Shown: in pieces, positions 54,766 through 64,000 of the stretch
Numbering within the stretch: the stretch's first letter is position 1
How the letters are laid out: every line of letters begins with the position of its first letter
Assembly: GCA_951406725.2 (NCBI GenBank)
Contig: OX597814.1
Location: 16,926,001 to 16,990,000, forward strand
DNA: 64,000 bases
Direction of reading: 5' to 3'
Source of the DNA: Octopus vulgaris
Lineage: Eukaryota
Made by a program: the position numbers and the translations under genes
Notes under the pieces: model-generated
Databases searched by the model: none
The model's input: only the letters and a program-made list of their open reading frames with translations
Told to the model about the DNA's origin: nothing

Positions 54766-55381
54766 TTTGGGTTTCCTATTTGGCTATTTGGCATAGCTAT
54801 TTGGCTAGGCTATTTTTCTTGGCTATTTGACTTGGCTATTTGGGTTGGCTATTTGTACTTGCTATTAGGGTTGGCTATTTGTGTTGGCAATATGTGTTTC
54901 CTACGTTAGTTGACTATTTGGGTTTGCTATTTGGCTTAGCTATTTGTGTTGGCTATTTGGGTTTGCTATTTGGCTTGGCAATTTGGCTTGGCTATTTGGC
55001 TTGGTTATTTGGGTTTGCTATTTGGGTATGCTATTTGTGGTGGCTATTTGGCTTTGCTATTTGGCTAGGCTATTTGGCTTGACAATTTGGCTTGGCTATT
55101 TGGGTTGGCTTTTTCAGTTGGATATTTGGCTTGGCTATTTCGGTTAGCTATTTGGGTTTGATATTTGGGTTGGTTATTTGTATTTGCTATTTTGCTTGGC
55201 TAATTTGCTTGGCTAATTTGCTTGGCTATTTGGGTTGGCTATTTGTATTTCCTATTTGGGTTGGCAATTTGTATTTCCAATTTAGGTTGGCTATTTAGGT
55301 TTGCTATTAGTGTTGGCTATTTGGCTTAGTTATTTGGCTTGGTCATTTGACTTGGATATTTGTGTTGGCTATTTGTGTTTG
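54766..55381 (-). repeat. Inverted satellite block 3
   Basis: Same junction sequences as block 1. Confidence 0.95.
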
Positions 55382-58300
55382 CAAAAACAAATAACCAACC
55401 CAAATAGCCAAGCCAAATTACCAAGCCATATAGCGTAGCCAAATAGCTAAGCGAAATAGCCAACATAAATAGCATACCCCAAAAGCCAACCCAAATAGTC
55501 AAGCCAAATAGCAAACCCAAATATGAAACACAAATAAACAACCCAAATAGATAACCCAAATAGCAACACAAATAGCCAACCAAAATAGCCAAGCCAAATA
55601 GACTAGTCAAATAGATAAGCCAAATACCCAACACTAATAGCAAGCCCAAATAGCCAAGTCAAATAGCCAACGAAAACAGCACACACAAATAGCCAGCCCC
55701 AATAGCCAAGCCAAATATAAAAAGCCAAATAGCAAACCCAAAGAGCCAACCCAAATAGCAAACCTAAATAGCCAAGCCCAAAAGCCAAGCCAAAAAGCAA
55801 ACCCAAATAGCCAACCCAAATAGCCAAGCCAAATAGCAGAGCCAAATAGCCAACCCAATTAGGAGATTCAAATAGCCAAGCCAAATAGCCAAGCCAAATA
55901 GCCTAGCCAAATAGCGAAGCCAAATGGCCTAGTCAAAAAGCAAAGCCAAAAAGCGAACACAAAAAGCATGCCCAAATAGCCAAGCCAAATAGCCAAGCCA
56001 AATAGCCTAGCCAAATAGCGAAGCCAAATAGCAAACACAAAAAGCCAAACCACAAAAAGCATGCCCAAATAGCCAAGCCAAATAGCCAAAGCCAAAAAGC
56101 GAACACAAATAGCATGACCAAATAGCCAAGGCAAATAGCCAAAACAAATAGCCAAAACAATTAGCATAGCAAAATAGAAAACCCAAATAGCCAACCCAAA
56201 TAGACAAGGCAAAAAGCCAAACAAAATAGCCAACCCAAATAGCCAACCCAAATCGCCTAGACAATTAGCCAAGCCAAATAGCAAACACAAATAGCCAACT
56301 CAAATAGCCAAGGCAAATGACCAAGCCAAATAGCCAAGCCAAAATGCCAACCCAAATAGCTTCCCCAAATAGCAAACCCAAATAGGCAACCCAAATAGCC
56401 AACCCAAATAGCTTAGCCAAATAGCAAACCCAAATAGCCATCCCAAATAACAAAGCCAAATAGCCTAGCCAAATAGCGAAACCAAATAGCTAACACAAAT
56501 AGCAAACCCAAATAGCCAACCCAAGTAGCCAAGCCAAATAGCCAACACAAATACCTTAGCCAAATAGCAACCCCAATTAGCCAACCCAAAAAGCCAACCC
56601 AAATAGCCAACCTAAATAGCCTAGCCAAATAGCCAAGCCAAATAACAAACACAAATAGCCAACACAAATAGCCAAGGCAAATAACCAAGGCAAATAGCCT
56701 AGCCAACACAAATAGCATACCTAAATAGCTTACCCAAATAGCCAAGCAAAATAGCTTAGCCAAATAGCAAACCCAAATAGCTAACCCAAATAGCCAAGCC
56801 AAATAGCAAACCCAAATAGCCAACCCAAATAGCCAACCCAACTAGACTAGCGAAATAGCCAAACCAAATAGCAAACACAAATAGCCAACCCAAATAACCA
56901 AGTCAAATAGCCTAGCCAAATAGCGAAGCCAAATAGCTAACACAAATAGCATACGCAAATAGCCATCCTAAATAGCCAAGCCAAATAGCCAACCCAAATA
57001 GCTTAGCCAAATAGCAAACCCAAATAGCCAACCCAAATAGCCAAAACTAAAAGCCAAGCCAAAAAGCCCAACCAAATAGCTTAGCCAAAGAGCAAACCCA
57101 AATAGCCAACCCAAATAGCCAACCCTAATAGCCTAGCCAAATAGTGAAGCCAAATTGCTAACACAAATAGCATACCCAAATAGCAAACCCAAATAGACAA
57201 CCCAAAAAGCCAAGCCAAAAAGCCAACCTTAGCCAAATAGCAAACCCAAATAGCCAAGCCAAAAAGCCAACCCAAATAGTTTCGCCAAATTGCAAACCCA
57301 AATAGCCAACCCAAAGAGCCAAAACAAATAGCCTAGCCAAATAGCCTAGCCAAATAGCGAAGCCAAATAGCTAACACAAAAAGCATGCCCAAATAGCTTT
57401 TCCAAATAGCCAAGCCAAATAGCCAACCCAAAAAGCTTAGCCAAATAGCAAACCCAAATAGCTAACCCAAATAGCCAACCCAAATAGCCAACCCAAATAG
57501 CCAAGCCAAATAGCCAAGCCAAATAGCCAACCCAAATAACCAAGCCAAATAGCCTAGCCAAATAGCGAAGCCAAATAGCTAACACAAATAGCATTGCCAA
57601 ATAGCCAACCCAAATAGCCAAGCCAAAGGGCCAAGCAAAATAGCTTCGCCAAATAGCAAACCCAAATAGCCAACCCAAATAGCCAACGCAAATAGCCAAC
57701 CCAAATAGCCAAGCCAAATAGCAAAGCCAAATAGCAAACACAAATAGCCAACCCAAATAGCCAAGGCAAATGACCAAGCCAAATAGCCAAGCCAAGTAGC
57801 CAACCCAAATAGCCAACTCAAATATCCAAGCCAAATAGTCAAGCCAAATAGCCTAGCCGAATAGCGATGCCAAATAGCCAAGCCAAATAGCCTAGCCAAA
57901 TACCGAAGCCAAATAGCAAATACAAATAGCCAACCAAAATAACCAAGCCAAATAGCCTAGCCAAATATCGAAGCCAAATAGCTAATACAAAAAGCATACC
58001 CAAATAGCCAACCCAAATAGCCAAGACAAATAGACTAGCCAAGGAGCGAAGCCAAATAGCTTAGCCAAGTAGCAAACCCAAATAGCCACCCCAAATAGCC
58101 AAGACAAAAAGCCAACCCAAAAAGCCAAGACAAAAAGCCAACCCAAATAGCCAACCCAAAAAGTTTAGCCAAATAGCAAACCCAAAGAGCCAACCCAAAT
58201 TGCCAAGCCAAAAAGCCAACCCAAATAGTCAACCCAAATAGCTTAGCCAAATAGCAAGCCCAAGTAGCCAACCCAAATAGCCAAGCCAAAAAGACAACCC

Positions 58301-61300
58301 AAATAGTCAACCCAAATAGCCAAGCCGAATAGCCAACCCAAATAGCATAGCCAGATAGCAAACCCAATTACCCAACACAAATAGCCAAGCCAAAAAGCCA
58401 ACCCAAATAGCTTCGCGAAATAGCAAACCCAAATAGCCAACCCAAAGAGCCAACCCAAAGAGCCAAGCCAAATAGCGAAGCCAAATACCAAACACAAATA
58501 GCCAACCCAAATATCCAAGGCAAATGACCATGCCAAATAGCCAAGCCAAATAGCCAACCCAAGGAGGAGACTCAACTAGCCAAGCCAAATAGCCAAGCCA
58601 AATAGCATAGCCAAATAGCGAAGCCAAATAGCCTAGCCAAATAGCAAAGCCAAAAAGCCAACACAAATAGCATGCCCAAATAGCCGAGCCAAATAGCCTA
58701 GCCAAATCCCGAAGCCAAATAGCAAACACAAATAGCCAACCCAAATAGCAAAGCCAAATATCCTAGCAAAATAGCGAAGCCAAAGAGCTAATACAAATAG
58801 CATACCCAAATAGCCAACCCAAATAGCCAAGACAAATAGCCAACCCAAATAGCTTAGCCAAATAGCAAACCCAAATAGCCAACCGAAATAGCCAAGCCAA
58901 AATGCCAACCCAAATAGCTTCCCCAAAGAGCAAACCCAAATAGCCAACCCAAATAGCCTAGCAAATAGTCAAGGCAAATAGCCAAACAAAATAGCTTAGC
59001 CAAAAAGAAAACCCAAATAGCCAACCCAAATAACCAAGCCAAATAGCCTAGCCAAATAGCGATGCCAAATAGCTAACACAAATAGCATACCCAAATAGCC
59101 AACCCAAATAGCCAACCCAAATACCTTAGCCAAATAGCAAGCCCAAATAGCCAACCCAAATAGCCAACCCAAATAACCAACCCATATAGCCTAGCCAAAT
59201 AGCCAAGCCAAATAACAAACACAAATAGCCAACAAAAATAGCCAAGGCAAATGACCAAGCCAAATAGCATAGCCAACACAAATAGCATACCTAAATAGCT
59301 TACACAAATAGCCAAGTCAAATAGCTTAGCCAAATAGCAAACTCAAATAGCTAACCCAAATAGCCAAGCCAAATAGCAAACCCAAATAGCCAACCCAAAT
59401 AGCCAACCCAACTAGACTAGCGAAATAGCCAAGCCAAATAGCAAACACAAATAGCCAACCCAAATAAACAAGTCAAATAGCCTAGCCAAATAGCGAAGCC
59501 AAATAGATAACACAAATAGCTTACCCAAATAGCCAAGCAAAATTGCCAAGCCAAACAGCCAACCCAAATAGCTTAGCCAAATAGCAAACCCAAATAGCCA
59601 ACCCAAATAGCCAAACCTAAAAGCCAAGCCAAAAAGCCAACCCAAATAGCAAACCCAAATAGCAAACCCAAATAGCCAACCCAAGTAGCCAACCCTAATA
59701 GCCTAGCCAAATAGCGAAGCCACATAGCTAACACAAATAGCATACCCAAATAGCCAAGCCAAATAGCCAACCCAAATAGCCAACCCAAAAAGCCAACCCA
59801 AATAGCCAACAAGCCAAATAGCCTGGACTAATTGCCAAGCCAAATAGCCAACCCAAACAGCAAACACAAATAGCCAACCCAACAAGACAAGTCAAATAGC
59901 CAAGCCAAATATCAAACCCAAATAGCCAACCCAAATAGCCTAGCCAAATAGCTAAGCCAAATATCCAACCCAAATAGAAAACCCAACAGCCAACCGAAAT
60001 AGCGATCCCAAACAGATAATCCAAATAGCTAAGCCAAGTAGCCAAGCCAACCCAAATACCCAACACAAATAGCCGACCCAAATAGCCTAGCCAAATAACC
60101 TAGCCAAATAGCCTAGACAAATAGCGAAGCCAAAAATCTAACTCAAATAGCATACCCAAATAGCCAACCCAAATAACCAAGCCAAATAGCCAACCAAAAT
60201 AGCTTAGCCAAATAGCAAACCCAAAAAGCCAACACAAATAGCATGCCCAAATAGCCAAGCCAAATAGCCAAGCCAAAAAGCCAAGCCAAATAGCCTAGCC
60301 AAATACCGAAGCCAAATAGCTAACACAAATAGCATACCCAAATAGCCAACCCAAATAGCAAAGCCAAATAGCCAACACAAATAGCTTGGCCAAATAGCAA
60401 ACCAAAATAGCCAAGCCAAAATGCCAACCCAAATAGACAAGACAAAAAGCCAACCCAAATAGCCAACCCAAATAGTTTAGCCAAATAGCAAACCCAAATA
60501 GCCAACCCAAATTGCCAAGCCAAAAAGACAACCCAAATAGTCAACCCAAATAGCCAAGCCGAATAGCCAACCCAAATAGCTTAGCCAAATACCTAAATAG
60601 CCTAGCCAAATAGCCAAGCCAAATAGCCAAGCCAAATAGCCAAGCCAAATAGCCAACCCAAATAGCCTAGCCAAATAGCCAAGCCAAATAGCCAAGCCAA
60701 AAAGCAAACCCAAATAGCTTCGCGAAATAGCAAACCCAAATAGCCAACCCAAATAGCCAACCCAAATAGCCTAGCCAAATAGCCAAGCCAAATAGCAAAC
60801 ACAAATAGCCAGCCCAAATATCCAAGGCAAATGACCATGCCAAATAGCCAAGCCAAATAGCCAACCCAAGTAGGAGACTCAACTAGCCAAGCCAAATAGC
60901 CAAGCCAAATAGCATAGCCAAATAGCGAAGCCAAATAGCCTAGCCAAATAGCAAAGCCAAAAAGCCAACACAAATAGCATGCCCAAATAGCAGAGCCAAA
61001 TAGCCTAGCCAAATCCCGTAGCGAAATAGCAAACACAAATAGCCAACCCAAATAGCCAAGCCAAATAGCCTAGCAAAATTGTGAAGCCAAATAGCCAAGA
61101 CAAATAGCCAACCCAAATAGCTTAGCCAAATAGCAAACCCAAATAGCCAACCGAAATAGCCAAGCCAAAATGCCAACCCAAATAGCTTCCCCAAATAGCA
61201 AACCCAAATAGCCAACCCAAATAGCCAAGCCAAATAGCCAACCCAATAGCCAACCCAAATAGCCAAGCCCAAATAGCAAACCCAAATAGCCAACCCAAAT

Positions 61301-64000
61301 AGCCAACCCATATAACCTAGCAAAATAGCCAACCCAAATAGCCAACCCAAAAAGCCAACCCAAATAGCCAACCCCAAATAGACAAGCCAACTAGGCAAAC
61401 CAAATAGCCAAGACAAATAGCCAACCAAATTGCCAATCGAAAATAGCCAAACCCAAATAGCCAACCCAAATAGCCAACCCAAATAGCCAACCAAAATAAC
61501 CAAGCCAAATAGCCTAGCCAAATAGCGTAGACAATTAGCTAACACAAATAGCATTGCCAAATAGCCAACCCAAATAGCCAAGCCAACTAAAATAGCTTCG
61601 CCAAATAGCCTAGCCAAATTGCTAAGTCAAATAGCCAAACCCAAATAACCAACCCAAGTAGCCAACATAAATAGCAAACACAAATAGCCAACCCAAATAG
61701 CCAAGCCAAATAGCAAAGCCAAATACCAAACACAAATAGCCAACCCAAATAGCCAAGACAAATAGCCTAGCAAAATAGCGAGGCCAAATAGCCAAGACAA
61801 ATAGCCAACCCAAATAGCTTAGCCAAATAGCAAACCCAAATAGCCAACCGAAATAGCCAAGCCAAAATGCCAACCCAAATAGCTTCCCCAAATAGCAAAC
61901 CCAAATAGCCAACCCAAATAGCCAAGCCAAGTAGCCAACCCAAATAGCCAACCCAAATAGCTTAGCCAAATAGCAAACCCAAATAGCCAACCCAAATAGC
62001 CAACCCAAAAAGCCAACCCAAATAGCCTAGCCAAATAGCCAAGCCAAATAGCCAACCCAAATAACCAAGCCAAATAGCCTAGCCAAATAGCGTAGCCAAT
62101 TAGCTAACACAAATAGCATTGCCAAATAGCCAACCCAAATAGCCAAGCCAAATAGCAAACGAAAATAGCCAACCTAAAAAGAATACCCAAATAGCAAACC
62201 CAAATAAGCAAACCAAATAGCCAAGCTAAATAGCCAAGCCAAATAGCAAACACAAATAGCCAACCAAAATAGCCAACCCAAATAGCCAACCCAAATAGCC
62301 AAGCCAAATAGCCAACACAAATAGCCAAGCCAAATAGCCAAGCCAAATAGCCAAGCCAAATTTCCTAGCCAAATGCTAAGCCAAATAGCCAACACAAATA
62401 GCAAACACAAATAGCATACCCAAATAGCCAACCCAAATAGCCAACCCAAAAGCCAAGCCAAAAAAGCCAACCCAAATAGCTTCGCCAATAGCAAACCCAA
62501 ATAGACAACCCAAATAGCCAACCCAAATAGCCTAGCCAAATAGACTCGCCAAATAGCGAAGCCAAATATCTAACACAAATAGCATACCCAAATAGCCAAC
62601 CCAAATAACCAAGCCAAATAGCCAACCCAAATAGCATAGCAAAATAGCAAACCCAGATAGCCAACCCAAATAGCCAACCCAAAAAGCCAACCCAAATAGC
62701 CTAGCCAAATAGCCAAGCCAAATAGCCAACCCAAATAACCAAGCCAAATAGCCTAGCCAAATAGCGAAGCCAAAAAGCTAACACAAATAGCAAACCCAAA
62801 TAGCCAACAAAAATAGCCAACCCAAATAGCAAAGCCAAATAGCAGACACAAATAGCCAACACAAATAGCCAAGGCAAATGACCAAGCCAAATAGCCAAGC
62901 CAAGTAGCCTAGCCAAATAGCAAACCCAAATAGCAAACACAAATAGCCAACCAAAATAGCCAAGGCAAATGACCAAGCCAAATATCCAAGCCAAGTAGCC
63001 AACCCAAATAGGAGACTCAAATATGCAAGCCAAATAGTCAAGCCAAATAGCCTAGCCAAATAGCGATGCCAAATAGCCAAGCCAAATAGCCTAGTCAAAT
63101 ACCGAAGCCAAATAGCAAATACAAATAGCCAACCAAAATAACCAAGCCAAATAGCCTAGCCAAATAGCGAAGCCAAATATCTAATACAAATAGCATACCC
63201 AAATAGCCAACCCAAATAACAAAGTCAAATAGCCTAGCCATATAGCGAAGCCAAATAGCTAACACAAATAGCATACCAAAATAGCCATCCCAAATAGCAA
63301 AGCCAAATAGCAAAACCCAAAGAGCTTAGCCAAATAGCCAACCCAAATAGCCAAACCTAAAAGCCAAGCCAAAAAGCCCACCCAAATAGCTTAGCCAAAT
63401 AGCAAACCCAAATAGCCAACCCAAAATAGCCAACCCAAATAGCCAACCTAATAGCCTTGCCCAAATAGCGAAGCCAAATAGCTAACCCAAATAGCATACG
63501 CAAATAGCCAACCCAAATAGCCAACCCAAATAGCCAAGCCAAAAAGCCAACCCAAATAGCTTCGCCAAATAGCAAACCCAAATAGACAACCCAAATAGCC
63601 AACCCAAATAGCCTAGCCAAATAGCCTCGCCAAATAGCGAAGCCAAATATCTAACACAAATAGCATACCCAAACAGCCAACCCAAATAACCAAGCCAAAT
63701 AGCCAACCCAAATAGCATAGCAAAATAGCAAACCCAAATAGCCAACCCAAATAGCCAACCCAAAAAGCCAACCCAAATAGCCTAGACAAATAGCCAACCC
63801 AAATAACCAAGCCAAATAGCCAACCAAAATAGCTTAGCCAAATAGCAAACCCAAAAAGCGAACACAAATAGCATGCCCAAATAGCCAAGCCAAATAGCCA
63901 AGCCAAAAAGCCAAGCCAAATAGCCTAGCCAAATAGCCAAGCCAAATAGCTACCACAAATAGCACCCAAATAGCCAACCCAAATAGCAAAGCCAAATAGC

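Larger units (their letters stand above)
49949..64000 (+). repeat. 13-bp satellite (AAATAGCCAA[C/G]CC and variants) with higher-order repeats; continues beyond the window
   Basis: Monomer variants AAATAGCCAACCC, AAATAGCCAAGCC, AAATAGCAAACCC, AAATAGCAAACAC, AAATAGCCTAGCC, AAATAGCGAAGCC; rare markers recur at kb spacing. Confidence 0.97.

Noticed and set aside
49973-63906. Dozens of hydrophobic LAIWVGYLGWLFG-type ORFs
   Set aside because: Translations of the 13-bp satellite in all frames; they switch strand with the inverted blocks.
49949-64000. Telomeric repeat, or MEF2/Fox site array
   Set aside because: Not TTAGGG and the + strand is C-rich toward the right end; transcription-factor matches are only partial.

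Overview
Gene-poor, AT-rich, microsatellite-dense animal DNA. The set of tRNA-derived SINEs and the simple-repeat load suggest an octopod cephalopod (inference, from recall of Octopus repeats). No host protein-coding gene is evident; there is one weak candidate minus-strand exon at 33446-33552. Positions 1-49 kb are a mosaic of retroelements: an uninterrupted Penelope-like RT + GIY-YIG ORF (minus strand, 1927 to the window edge, missing from the ORF track), several Penelope 3'-end remnants carrying hammerhead-ribozyme-like motifs (one as a fold-back pair), decayed R4/Dong-like RLE LINEs next to (TAA)n/(TAG)n tracts, RTE LINE fragments, four SINE families, two copies of a short Gypsy LTR (one solo with a 5-bp TSD, one with a tRNA-Ser PBS), a mariner end, Helitron-like elements and a 3' half of tRNA-Val(TAC). 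From about 49.05 kb a Helitron-like 5' end runs into a 22-bp CpG-rich array of NRF1-type palindromes, then a 13-bp satellite (AAATAGCCAA[C/G]CC) of at least 14 kb with kb-scale higher-order repeats and three ~0.6-kb inverted blocks bounded by fold-back palindromic junctions. Almost all ORF-track entries are repeat artefacts.
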